Shown piece by piece: positions 40,601 to 49,668 of a stretch of DNA of 64,000 bases. Source of the DNA: a virus (lineage: Duplodnaviria > Caudoviricetes); IMG/VR virus record IMGVR_UViG_3300020360_000085, positions 64,001 through 128,000 of that record. One strand, written 5' to 3'. Made by a program: the position numbers and the translations under genes. The notes beneath the pieces are model-generated. The model saw only the letters and a list, made by a program, of their open reading frames with translations. It was not told where the DNA came from and searched no databases. Position 1 is the stretch's first letter. Each line of letters opens with the position of its first letter.

Positions 40601-40986
40601 CCTGTAAATGTGGCAGTATCGGCAACTAAATCTCCACTTGCACTATTTAAATTAACAGTAACAGCACTACTAAATGCATTTGCAAAATCGGCTGTACCAC
40701 TAACATTACCTGAAACACTACCTGTAAAGTTTGTTGCACTGATATCTTTATTAAAGGATATTACATTCGAACTATCTAAAAAAGATACCTCTGCAAGATT
40801 ACTATTACTGTTTAATTTTAATTTTGCTGTTACATTTTGGCCATCTGAATTTATAACTAATTCGTCTGATTGTAGATTATTAACTTTTACAGTATCCTCT
40901 TGCTGGACAACCTCGCCTTCAATGGTAAGTTTACCCTGGATAACCAGTTCTTGATCTGCATTAATGTAAGTCTTTTTTGTTGCCAT
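37648..40986 (-). CDS. Tail fibre-like protein, paralog of 29802-32993
   Basis: Same GDIEGVTAG repeats and [10 protein letters not shown]...ALRGRIPCKV C-terminal domain. Confidence 0.8.
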   Translation of the reverse strand: MATKKTYINADQELVIQGKLTIEGEVVQQEDTVKVNNLQSDELVINSDGQNVTAKLKLNSNSNLAEVSFLDSSNVISFNKDISATNFTGSVSGNVSGTADFANAFSSAVTVNLNSASGDLVADTATFTGSGNTVNLEGNLTVTGVTAGVYGDANEVGQFTVNSKGRITSASNVNIDHDALTNFVANEHVDHSAVTITAGAGLTGGGDITATRTVDVVAGPGILVNANNVEVNTAFIKNQISVTDSGGDGSLSYNSSTGVVTYTGPNLAEVQARIDNSAANVRAHFSGGYGITYTSGTGVIETTNAEIQAQSNIAIGNNTNIVLTDNTQSISGAKTFTSDVEIQGNLNVTANINSATQVDLFVEDTNITLRSGAVSDGDAHINVVRSSGTRYLKWNDTADRWQFNNAGSDENMLLFSDFSGGTGITFSSGAISITNTGVSAATYGSPVVIPQIAINAQGQITSATNSTIAIPHSQITDFDAASNAAMDAYLNGGDGITYASGTIDVDNTVIRTTGNQSLAGQKTFTGNLLIPTTDVAVENAIFTDSNEAWVYVNGAKKQITPTSSVGSVEEANSSLSYTNTGTTGTSTFELYAGQRTVGSDTFHAVKGLEAGSNVLITDGGTALTIDANIPAIRTHFSVSSSGDGSLSYDNNNGVFTYTGPGNTQYRGAISGTGLISYDNSTGVISTTADNFANWQFTTDSAGNQAITSGGLLTFTAGSGIDVTHSGSTITIATDSDADISAVTAGDGLTGGGVSGAVTLNVGAGYGLTANSTDIELSNSQVRALFSASGDISYNSSTGVFSFTNDAGDIEGVTAGFGLSGGGTSGTVSLALANADVRGLFSASGDISYNSSTGVFSFTNDAGDIEGVTAGVGLSGGGTSGTVSLALDFSELTDMTGDISGTTEFILQNGTTESRKAASEIKISNFDNDSGFTTNVGDITAVVAGTNLNGGATSGSATVNLDTALTGMTSADFSGNVDANFFVGTATQARYADLAEKYEADAEYEPGTVLVIGGDKEVTVTDDAGSYAVAGVVSTDPAYLMNSEADGVAIALRGRIPCKVAGTCKKGDVLITSDVPGHAMVALAPNKLSPLQIVGRALEHKTEAAPGLVEIIV

Positions 40987-41046
40987 CTAGAATATCCTAT
41001 ATTATAGAACTATTTATCAGATTTTGTGTTTTTGAAAACCAAGTCA

Positions 41047-41073
41047 AAAAAAGAGGCTCCTAAGAGCCTCTTT
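41047..41073 (-). terminator. Rho-independent terminator after major capsid gene
   Basis: aaagaggctc-ctaa-gagcctcttt with U-tract on the minus strand. Confidence 0.9.
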
Positions 41074-41096
41074 AATTCTTCCTGAAACGTTTCGGT

Positions 41097-42236
41097 TTAC
41101 TGGAATGCTACGTTTGATAACGTTACCGCATCAACATAGTCTGCCGCATTACCAAGAGATGAAGCAGTATTTGTAAGTTCTTTATAACCATATCTGGTCA
41201 TGAAACTTACTACTGGTTCAAAACTTGCTGGATCCATTACTGGGCCTGTGCTCATTAATGGAATGTAAGGGCAATAGAATGCTGGAGCATCAGTTTCGCT
41301 TGATCCTTTGTAACCAACTAGTACTTTTGTACCGTCAGCCGCATAGTTATCAGCAAATACTCTGATTGTTCCGTTTAATGTACCAACAAACTTAGTGTTT
41401 ACTGGTGCTTCAAATGAACCTTCAGTTGTTCTAGCAAATGTAGAAGTTGACGCACTTTGTAAGATTGTCAATGCTTCTGGAGATACAACAATGTAGTTAC
41501 CAGCACCACGTCTTGTTCTAGCCGCGATTCTGTTTGCACTTCTGTTAATCTCAATAGCCAATGCCGCATGTCTATCACCGACATAAATGCTTGTACCACT
41601 TAAAGAACCAAAGTCTAAAGTTGTACCTGCACCTGCTAGAGTTCTTAGTGAACCGATAATTTCTTGGTCGATTTCAACTACGATCTCTTGTGCTAATGCC
41701 TGCATGATTTCTGCTTCGACGTCTACGCCGTGCATCGCTTCTGCATCTTGAGCCGCCTCAAAAGTCCATCTTGCTGATAACCTTCTGGTTTTCGCTTCAA
41801 CGGTTTCTTTTAAGATTTGAATGCTCATTTTTCTACCAGGATTTCCTTCAGCCGCCGCTGTGGCGTCTGGGGAACCTGCGTATGAACTAGCAAGTTTAAA
41901 AGGACTTAATGCCTCGTCACCTGCTGTTGCTCCACCACCAGTTTCCGCATAACGTACTCTTAATGTATGGATTTGTCCTACTGGACCACTCATTGGTTGT
42001 ACACCAACGAGTTCGTTAGCGATAACAGAAGGCATAACCCTTCTAATTAACGGTAACATTACTTTGTTTAATGTTGCTACTGAACCTGCACCTGTGGCAC
42101 CTGCTGTTGCGGCCTCTGACAAATGTCTCTTTGTATTTTCGAGGACCACATCTAATGAGGATTTTCTGTTTCCATCTAACCCTTCAAGCAAGGCTTCCTT
42201 AGTTGCGGACCAGTTGCTTTCAAATAAATCTGCCAT
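41097..42236 (-). CDS. gp23: Major capsid protein
   Basis: LIRRVMPSVIANELVGVQPMSGPVGQI, KTRRLSARWTFEAAQD, FYCPYIPL, FMTRYG. Confidence 0.97.
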   Translation of the reverse strand: MADLFESNWSATKEALLEGLDGNRKSSLDVVLENTKRHLSEAATAGATGAGSVATLNKVMLPLIRRVMPSVIANELVGVQPMSGPVGQIHTLRVRYAETGGGATAGDEALSPFKLASSYAGSPDATAAAEGNPGRKMSIQILKETVEAKTRRLSARWTFEAAQDAEAMHGVDVEAEIMQALAQEIVVEIDQEIIGSLRTLAGAGTTLDFGSLSGTSIYVGDRHAALAIEINRSANRIAARTRRGAGNYIVVSPEALTILQSASTSTFARTTEGSFEAPVNTKFVGTLNGTIRVFADNYAADGTKVLVGYKGSSETDAPAFYCPYIPLMSTGPVMDPASFEPVVSFMTRYGYKELTNTASSLGNAADYVDAVTLSNVAFQ

Positions 42237-42250
42237 TTCTAACTCCTATT

Positions 42251-43363
42251 TTATTTTGAAAGTCCGGCTAATTTACGGATTACGTCGATTTCAACTACGT
42301 CTTCCGCTTTGTCATCGGCTTCTGCTGTAACAACAGCCGCCTTATTACCAGTATGTTCACTAGTAACTGATTCTGACAATGTCTGCTTTTCTCTTGGTGC
42401 TTCGCTGTCAAGTACTGAAGGCAAATACTTATTGAATTGCTCTTCTAACTTTTCAGTTTTAACACTTTCAAGTAAATCAGACATAATTTCTTTCTTCTCT
42501 TTGCCTAGTGGCGCCATAAGTTCGTTGAGTTTCTCTTTTCTTTCGAATCGATCTTCTGCAACTCTTAACTTAGATTCAGTTAATTTAACTGCATCTTCTT
42601 TCTCTTCAATTGCTTGTTGAGATTCGTTAAGTTTGGCTTCCATTTCGACGATTTGTTTTTGTACTTTCTTGATTTCTTTTGCTTCGTTTAGGTAACTAGT
42701 ACCATATTCGTTTGCAAATGCTTCAAAAATTCTTCGACCGAAGTCATTTTCACGAGCCTTAGTAATATCGTCTTTAAATGATCTAACTTCATTTGTAATA
42801 ACTTTGTTGACAACGTTTTCAACTTTGTCAGCCGCTTTACTAATGAAATCTTTCTTCGCTTCAGCAAGTTGTTTTTTGCCTTCACGGACCATTTTGACTT
42901 TTTGCTCCACAAGACCTTTTTTGTCTTCGTGGAATTCTGATAGTTCTCCAGCAAGTTGCTCCGCAACAAAATTATCTAATTTCGTTACATGATCACTTAC
43001 GTTGGCTCTATCTGCTCTAAGTTCTTTAACTTCCTTTGCAACCATTTCAGTTACAAATTTGTCAAGCACTTTGGCATGCTCACTAATGGCTTTGTGATAT
43101 TTGACACGATCTGTTGCTAGAACGTTTTTTTCTTCTGCAATCTCTTTGATCTCTGCCTCAACTTTTTCTGAGATGAACTTGTCCATTGCTTCAACAATCT
43201 GACCTTTGTCATGACTGTATCTTTGAGCAAACTCTTCTCTAAGTTCAGCAGTAATCTCGTCTCTTGCTTCAGAAACTTTATTGTTCCATGCTTCTTGAAG
43301 AGCGTCTTTAACTTCAGAAGTTAAATCTGCATTCTCAAGTAGATCTTTAAAATTCACTGCCAT
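42251..43363 (-). CDS. gp22: Prohead core scaffolding protein
   Basis: Coiled-coil, REELREEFAQRY, between protease and capsid genes. Confidence 0.85.
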   Translation of the reverse strand: MAVNFKDLLENADLTSEVKDALQEAWNNKVSEARDEITAELREEFAQRYSHDKGQIVEAMDKFISEKVEAEIKEIAEEKNVLATDRVKYHKAISEHAKVLDKFVTEMVAKEVKELRADRANVSDHVTKLDNFVAEQLAGELSEFHEDKKGLVEQKVKMVREGKKQLAEAKKDFISKAADKVENVVNKVITNEVRSFKDDITKARENDFGRRIFEAFANEYGTSYLNEAKEIKKVQKQIVEMEAKLNESQQAIEEKEDAVKLTESKLRVAEDRFERKEKLNELMAPLGKEKKEIMSDLLESVKTEKLEEQFNKYLPSVLDSEAPREKQTLSESVTSEHTGNKAAVVTAEADDKAEDVVEIDVIRKLAGLSK

Positions 43364-43372
43364 CGTAGTCTC

Positions 43373-43999
43373 CTACTTAATTTTTAATTCATTGATGAAG
43401 CCAGTGATAGCCTTCATCAAGTGGTTTTCTGCACTTTTATCGTGTGTTAATGCAGATGCGGTGTCAAATAATTGTGCACCGCCTCGCATATTAAATAAAC
43501 TTTCATAGATCGTTTTAGGGTAGGCATCTGGTGCACTTGGTTGTGCCACAATGTCTACTGTTACTATATCAAAATCGGATACACGTCCACTTTCGTTGAC
43601 ATTACCACTTCCCCGACTTGATACACCAAGTTTTGCTCCTGCCTTCAATAATGCTCTTGCAATATTTCCCATTGGTGTTTCTATGATTTTCAACTTTCCT
43701 AGACCATCGCTGTCTTCACAGTATAAGTCTGTAATAATATGACTTACTCGGTCTAGATTAATTTGTAGTTCTTCTGGATGGTCTAATTCGCCCATCACAG
43801 TTTCGCCTTTGGATAGTCTTTGTTTAACACTTTCACATGCTTTTTTAATTTCATCTTTGGGATATACTCTACCGTTTTGGTTTTTTACATCTCCTTGTAT
43901 GAAAAGTCCAGCCATAAACAAGTCCTTGCCATCACTGGATTCCATTATCTGGACTCCAGATTGCTCAGGACTCATGTATTCATATAGTTTATTGGCCAT
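43373..43999 (-). CDS. gp21: Prohead protease
   Basis: GLFIQGDVKNQNGRVYP, GELDHP, LGVSSRGSG, DIVAQPSAPDA. Confidence 0.96.
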   Translation of the reverse strand: MANKLYEYMSPEQSGVQIMESSDGKDLFMAGLFIQGDVKNQNGRVYPKDEIKKACESVKQRLSKGETVMGELDHPEELQINLDRVSHIITDLYCEDSDGLGKLKIIETPMGNIARALLKAGAKLGVSSRGSGNVNESGRVSDFDIVTVDIVAQPSAPDAYPKTIYESLFNMRGGAQLFDTASALTHDKSAENHLMKAITGFINELKIK

Positions 44000-44022
44000 T
44001 TGCTATCCTCTAAGTACCTAAA

Positions 44023-44808
44023 TTATACTTTTTTAGGTTCTACTTTAAGATTGTCTGAACCGCCGCTGTCGGAAGGCTTGTTTTCGCCCATGTTTCCTTC
44101 GCCGCCGTCATTAATCTTAATAGGTGATCCTGCATCTTCTACTTTTGATCCGCCACTTGGAAGTGGTGCATCATTGTTGTCCATGCCTGGATCTTTTGGA
44201 TCTGCTACTTTGTCTTGTAACTTAGTTGCTTCTTCAACAACTTCGTCTGACTCTTCAGCAACTTCTTCGTCAAGATCGTACTCAACACTTTCTAGGTCAA
44301 GTTCGTCTTCCATTTCTTCGGCATCCATTTCGGCTTCTTCACCGTCTTCCATACCGTCGTCATCGTTGTCTGCAAGTAGTTTTTCAAATTCTGCTTTAAG
44401 ATCGTCAAGTTCGTCTTCAAGTTCGTCAACTTTGTCCTCTAGGTCGCCGTCTTCTTCTTCCTTGTTTTCGTCCTCGTCTTCTTCGCCAATTTCGTCTGCT
44501 TCGATTTCTTCCTCATCAGCAAGAATGTCGTCTTCTAGATCATTACTTTGATCAACAACTTCATCTACTTCTGATTCTTCAACAGCCTCTTCCTCAGATT
44601 CCTCTGATTCTTCAACTGCTTCTTCTTCTGATTCTGTGGATTCTTCAACTTCTGCATCTTCTTCAGCAACGTCTTCGTCTAAAACTTTTTCATATTCTGC
44701 TCGTGCTTTCGCAACAACATACTCATGAAGTAGTTCTTCGGCTTTTTCGTTTTCTTCTGCAAGGAGAAGTTCAAGAATTTCTTCTAATTTACTTCTTGAT
44801 TCTGACAT
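44023..44808 (-). CDS. Highly acidic prohead core protein (gp67/68-like position)
   Basis: D/E-rich; start MSESRS after AAGGAGA SD; upstream of the protease. Confidence 0.65.
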   Translation of the reverse strand: MSESRSKLEEILELLLAEENEKAEELLHEYVVAKARAEYEKVLDEDVAEEDAEVEESTESEEEAVEESEESEEEAVEESEVDEVVDQSNDLEDDILADEEEIEADEIGEEDEDENKEEEDGDLEDKVDELEDELDDLKAEFEKLLADNDDDGMEDGEEAEMDAEEMEDELDLESVEYDLDEEVAEESDEVVEEATKLQDKVADPKDPGMDNNDAPLPSGGSKVEDAGSPIKINDGGEGNMGENKPSDSGGSDNLKVEPKKV

Positions 44809-44995
44809 TGTGGTCTCCTTAATGTTCAAATACCATTCAAGACACGAGTGTCACTAATGGTCTGTTTAATACTTATATAAAAAAGTGTTTTTATGTGCGA
44901 AAAGGTGTGAAATTGAGTGATTCTGAGTGATTTCTGTATATTATGTAAAATCCTAAATAATATTTATATAATAGGAATAAAAATTAAAAACTGTT

Positions 44996-45208
44996 TTATA
45001 TAATGCCACCAACACCTGCATCGGCACTAGGACTAGCATACATCACTTTCTGAAACTTACCATGCTCTATTTCTTCGGCTCTTTTTATTTCTCTTGCTTT
45101 ACGCAATTTACTTAAAGTTTCCAAAGTCATTTTAGGCTTCCTGCTATCTTCTTTATTTCTTCGCTGAAATTCATCAAATTCAGGATTGTAAAATTCTATA
45201 AGTCTCAT
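44996..45208 (-). CDS. Small hypothetical head-region protein
   Basis: 70-aa ORF overlapping the portal stop. Confidence 0.7.
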   Translation of the reverse strand: MRLIEFYNPEFDEFQRRNKEDSRKPKMTLETLSKLRKAREIKRAEEIEHGKFQKVMYASPSADAGVGGII

Positions 45209-46920
45209 TATAATGGCTCTCCAGCATCTAAATCAGTACCGCCTTCTGGTGGTATATCAGTATTTATCTCTGGTGTATCTGGTTCTGGAACTATGTCTTG
45301 TGGTATCTCTGTGTTTGGATCTACATTTACATCAGGTTCTGGTCTTACACCAATATTTCTGAGGTCCATATTTTTATCACCATCTGCAAATTTTTCGTAT
45401 CCGTTTTCTTTACGCCATAATGCTTCGTTGTCTTTCATTTCATCTTCAGTAAGTCCAAGATATTTTTTCATTTTAAACTGATTACTTAGGAACTGTGTAG
45501 GAGCAAGTGTATTAAATAGGTTTGCTCTTTCCTGATCTAATTGTAGTTCTCTGTAACTACTGAAGTTCATTGGCTTGTTAAATGTAATATAAAAGTCGCC
45601 GTTATCTATTTCGATGCCTCTGTGTTTGAGGAACATTTTAAACTCATCGTCCATGTCCTCTTGTATTTGCTTTTGTAGTCTTTCCACATACTTTGCAAAT
45701 CTGTATTCCTGAATAAAAGCAATACCCACTTTACCGTCGTTGTAAACACTACTTCCATCTTCTGGTCCTGTTGGCAAATAACTGCTAGGTACTCTTAAAC
45801 CTCTTAAAAGTTTATTGTTAAAGTATCTTAAGTCATCTATTTGTCCCAAGTTTTCTCCACCTGGTAATGTATCAACTTTTGAGCCTCTGCCTTCTGCTGT
45901 TGTGGCAAAGAAGTAATCTTCCAACATACTCATTGGATTATAGGCACTATCGGCAACACTTGTGCCATCTGACTTTTTGTTTGGTACACGTTTTTGTTGT
46001 ACTTCGTATTTTACTTGCTCTAAATACTGCCTTGCTTTGTGTGGAGGCATATTACCTACATCAATAAAGAACACACGTCTTTCTGGTGCTCTGTGTACCC
46101 TGTATATAATAATTGAATCTTCTAATAGTTCTTTTTGTTTGAAAACTTTAAAAACAGGTTCTAAAATACTAACACCAAAAGGCCAACTGTGATCCATGCC
46201 TTCTGTTAAACTAACATGAACAATATGTTTTGCATCTACAGGCACACCCTGGTCAACTCCATCCATTGCACCTGTCATATAATTGTTAGATTTACTGTTT
46301 ACTGTACTATACCCACTTGCAAGTCCACCACCTGCACCATAAGGTCTGCTATGTAATGGTGCTACATCTGTGGCAACCAGATCTTCAAAGTTTGGCTGTA
46401 AATTTTTAATAAAGTATGTCTGTATCTTTTTGCCCTGACTTTCATTTACAATAACTTTTTCTATATTTGCAGGATCTATCCAATACAGTTTATAACTTTG
46501 TGGGTCTCTAATAAAAAATTGGTCTCCGTATTTAATTGTGCTACGGAATATTCTGTATGCTCTTTTGTGCATTTCATTTAGTCTGCACCACTGAGTAAGA
46601 GATTTGTTAAGGATCTGATTTTCTGTATCAGAAGGATCTGTATTATAATTTATTGCAAATGGCAAACCAGTATAATCATCTTCCTGTGTGCCAAATTCAG
46701 ACATAGTGTCCAATGCAGAGTTAATTTCCAGGTCAGTATCCATTTGATCATACTGAATATATCGCATAAGTCTGTTAGGACTTCCTGCATATACCTCAGG
46801 TAACCAACTTGCATATCTACTAGTAGCCGCACCAGGACCGCCTTCGCTGTTGCGTTGACCTGTTACGTTTAATGGTAGACCGCTGTTGTCTACTGATGAA
46901 AAGTATTTTCTCCAACTCAT
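45208..46920 (-). CDS. gp20: Portal protein
   Basis: LLEDSIIIYRVHRAPERRVFFIDVGNMP, EDYFF...EGRGSKVDTLPGG, LRVPSSYL, EYRFAKYV.RLQ. Confidence 0.97.
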   Translation of the reverse strand: MSWRKYFSSVDNSGLPLNVTGQRNSEGGPGAATSRYASWLPEVYAGSPNRLMRYIQYDQMDTDLEINSALDTMSEFGTQEDDYTGLPFAINYNTDPSDTENQILNKSLTQWCRLNEMHKRAYRIFRSTIKYGDQFFIRDPQSYKLYWIDPANIEKVIVNESQGKKIQTYFIKNLQPNFEDLVATDVAPLHSRPYGAGGGLASGYSTVNSKSNNYMTGAMDGVDQGVPVDAKHIVHVSLTEGMDHSWPFGVSILEPVFKVFKQKELLEDSIIIYRVHRAPERRVFFIDVGNMPPHKARQYLEQVKYEVQQKRVPNKKSDGTSVADSAYNPMSMLEDYFFATTAEGRGSKVDTLPGGENLGQIDDLRYFNNKLLRGLRVPSSYLPTGPEDGSSVYNDGKVGIAFIQEYRFAKYVERLQKQIQEDMDDEFKMFLKHRGIEIDNGDFYITFNKPMNFSSYRELQLDQERANLFNTLAPTQFLSNQFKMKKYLGLTEDEMKDNEALWRKENGYEKFADGDKNMDLRNIGVRPEPDVNVDPNTEIPQDIVPEPDTPEINTDIPPEGGTDLDAGEPL

Positions 46921-46987
46921 ATAGAATCCTTTAACATATTATTTTATACTATTTATCGGATACTGTCAAGTATTTTTGGATTACTGA

Positions 46988-49570
46988 TTAGATCTGTTTA
47001 ATTGAACTATCTAGAGTATCTAGTTTTTTATTTGATGTTTTTAGTTCTGCAAGTGCTAATGTTAATATTTTGGCTTCACTAGATAATTCGTCTATTTCTC
47101 TTGCTTCACCAACAGTCATACCGCCCATGGATTCTGCACCTGCGGCGGCACCTAAGAAACTGAGACTTAAACCGCCTCTATTACGTTGTTGTTGTACCTG
47201 TGCATATTGCAGTTGTTGTTGCTGTTTTTCTGCAACTTCTAATTGTTTTTCCTGTGTTTTCTTTTTATTAATACTGGCTATTCCATCATCGTCAAAAAAG
47301 ATATCTTTTAAAAGACCAAGACCTCCACCTATTGCGGCACCTACGGCTGTGCCTATCACAGGTATTACACTACCTATAGCCGCACCATAAAGAGCACCTT
47401 GACCTACATCACCTAACGTATCCACTACACGTCCACCTGTTGTAGTCTCTCCAAGTGCATTACTTCCAGCATTGGAGACCGCTCCAACAGCCATTCCTCC
47501 TAAGGCAAATGCGCCTCCTTTCATCAATCGACCGCCCATTCCTTTGCCAAAAATTCCTCCGCCGGCGGCCATGCCTCTTGCGGCCATTTTTGTCATTAAG
47601 AGATTCCAGGATGTCAACATACCTGGGCCTACACTCATCCATAATGCCAACATGGCTGTTGAAATAGCGGCATAAATTGCCGAGGCACCTAATAAGACCC
47701 CAAATGCAACTACAAGACCGCCAATTACTTGAGGATTAGAAAATAATGCACCAAAGAATGCCGGAATTGCTACAACAAGAGCCTCCATGAGTATTGCAAA
47801 TGCGGCACTTAAAGCCGTTACTAAATAATTTGTTAGTCCACCTACTAGATCAAATTGTCCTTTACTATCGAAAAACCCTTCCATGACATCTTCCACAAAA
47901 TTAATAAGTTTATCTCCAAACTTATTGAGTCCGTTTACAATGTTATTAAGAGTGGCATCAAAATTATTTACAAAATTACCGCCAAATATTCTCTGTACAA
48001 ATCTATTAAAAATACTACCTAATGTTTCACCAACTCTACTGGCAATTTGTGAAAGCCTGGAATTTGCATCACTGGCTGAGCCTAATGCATCTGCAAATTG
48101 TTTTAAGCCACTTTCAGCACCTAGTACTAAAGAATTTTTAAACGTACTTAAAGCACCTTGTCCTAATTTAAGAACATTTTCAAAGTTTGTCATTGCACGT
48201 TGTATGTCACTAAATCTACCTGCAACTTCTCCCATTCTGAAGTTTTCTCTGGCATTAGCGGCATCTACTGAGAAACCAATTAATTGCTGTACAACCTGTT
48301 GAAGATCATTTGGTAGGGCGGCAACCAACTGTTTTAAATTACCAGTGTCTGTGGTTTCTACTGCATTAAGAACTCCTAACACCCTGCTTTGTACCTGATC
48401 CATTGTAATGGAACCATTTCTGATAGCCATTCCCAATCCAGTTAATTCATCTCTGAGTTCAGGAGCAAAAGGACCTAATGCATTAATAAAATCACTGGCC
48501 GCTTCTGAACCAATTGTAGCAACTTCTAAAATACCGCCTAGAACTTCATCTGGTATGTTTGCGGCTTTAAGACCCTGGAATAAACTGTCTGTGGCATTTA
48601 CAACATCCTCTCCCAGAGGTCCTAGTGTAACCAGTAACTGCTGAAATGCTTTGTCATTGTCTATAATAGATCTGGATTCGTTTCGTAAATCATCAGCACT
48701 TCTTCCCAAAAGTGTTGAAAACATTCTGAGATTTTTTATACTCTGTTCAGATGCTCTGGCAGTTTCAAACTGATTAATTCTGTCTCTTAATAATATGCTT
48801 GTCCTAAATGCCAAGTCCTCTTGGAAAAACTGTGTTGCATCATCTAGTGCTACACCTAACTCAGTACCAAATTCTGTAAGTTTTAAAAACTGTTGATTTA
48901 ATCTGGGTATTGCACTTTGTCCAAGAACTGCGGCTGTTTGTGAAAAGTTTGCCAATAATGAAACTGCTTGATCAGTTGTTAAACCCAATTGGTTTAATTT
49001 TGTAATATTTTCAACAGTGGATATTGTACCTTGTCTTTGTACATCTCCAAAAGCACCACCAACATCAGTAAGTGTTTTTAGACCGTTACCTAAATTTTGT
49101 ATAGAAGAAAAGAATACTCCAACACCAGTAACACCTACAGCAAATAAGCCAGTAACTAATTTTTGTAACAGACTTCCAAAAAATGAAAAACTGTCTCCCA
49201 TACTTCTTTGAAAATTGGAGGCAAGTTTTTTAGCATCCTGTTGAGCCTTAATTTGTGCTTTTCTTTGCCTGTTTGCCTCAGCCTGAGCCTTATTAAAGGC
49301 ATTAACTGTTGTTTCTGTATTTTTATTATCGTTTTCTGTTTGTTCTTCAATTACCTGAACAACTTTTTTAGGATCATTATCATCTATAGCCTTTTTAATT
49401 TCTTCATCGTTTTTGCCAGACTGTTTCATGAGGTCTCTCATAACACCCTTTATAGTGTTGCCAAGACCATCCATGTTTTTTGCAAGTTGGGTTAAAGTTC
49501 TTTCTGTTGCTACATCATTTTCAATTAATAGCCTTTCACCGTCCCCATATTCTACTTCTATCTGCGCCAT
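46988..49570 (-). CDS. Probable tape measure protein
   Basis: 860-aa helical protein with hydrophobic Gly/Ala-rich segments; divergent from gp26. Confidence 0.7.
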   Translation of the reverse strand: MAQIEVEYGDGERLLIENDVATERTLTQLAKNMDGLGNTIKGVMRDLMKQSGKNDEEIKKAIDDNDPKKVVQVIEEQTENDNKNTETTVNAFNKAQAEANRQRKAQIKAQQDAKKLASNFQRSMGDSFSFFGSLLQKLVTGLFAVGVTGVGVFFSSIQNLGNGLKTLTDVGGAFGDVQRQGTISTVENITKLNQLGLTTDQAVSLLANFSQTAAVLGQSAIPRLNQQFLKLTEFGTELGVALDDATQFFQEDLAFRTSILLRDRINQFETARASEQSIKNLRMFSTLLGRSADDLRNESRSIIDNDKAFQQLLVTLGPLGEDVVNATDSLFQGLKAANIPDEVLGGILEVATIGSEAASDFINALGPFAPELRDELTGLGMAIRNGSITMDQVQSRVLGVLNAVETTDTGNLKQLVAALPNDLQQVVQQLIGFSVDAANARENFRMGEVAGRFSDIQRAMTNFENVLKLGQGALSTFKNSLVLGAESGLKQFADALGSASDANSRLSQIASRVGETLGSIFNRFVQRIFGGNFVNNFDATLNNIVNGLNKFGDKLINFVEDVMEGFFDSKGQFDLVGGLTNYLVTALSAAFAILMEALVVAIPAFFGALFSNPQVIGGLVVAFGVLLGASAIYAAISTAMLALWMSVGPGMLTSWNLLMTKMAARGMAAGGGIFGKGMGGRLMKGGAFALGGMAVGAVSNAGSNALGETTTGGRVVDTLGDVGQGALYGAAIGSVIPVIGTAVGAAIGGGLGLLKDIFFDDDGIASINKKKTQEKQLEVAEKQQQQLQYAQVQQQRNRGGLSLSFLGAAAGAESMGGMTVGEAREIDELSSEAKILTLALAELKTSNKKLDTLDSSIKQI

Positions 49571-49603
49571 TCCGTAAATTCCATAAACAACGTATTTTAC
49601 TGT

Positions 49604-49644
49604 GATAAATAGTTGTTGATAATTGTTTTATAAAACTATTTATC
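49604..49644. promoter_or_regulatory. Face-to-face late boxes GATAAATA (+, 49604-49611; -, 49637-49644)
   Basis: Between the divergent tape measure and gp26 genes. Confidence 0.65.
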
Positions 49645-49668
49645 AGATTTATTAACAGGAGTTTTAAT

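Noticed and set aside
29809-40954. Many plus-strand ORFs opposite the fibre genes (e.g. 32137-32886, 30298-30660, 37622-37912)
   Set aside because: Shadow frames of Gly/Thr/Ala-rich genes, which lack antisense stops.
29802-40986. Diversity-generating retroelement (TR/VR) between fibre repeats
   Set aside because: No reverse transcriptase in the window and too few mismatches to show adenine-specific variation.
44000-44551. 183-aa Ser-rich plus-strand ORF
   Set aside because: Antisense shadow of the Glu/Asp-rich gene (GAA/GAC read as TTC/GTC, TCT); no SD or promoter.
44914-44932. tgagtgatt direct repeat with 10-nt period
   Set aside because: Two short copies in AT-rich intergenic DNA; not distinguishable from chance.
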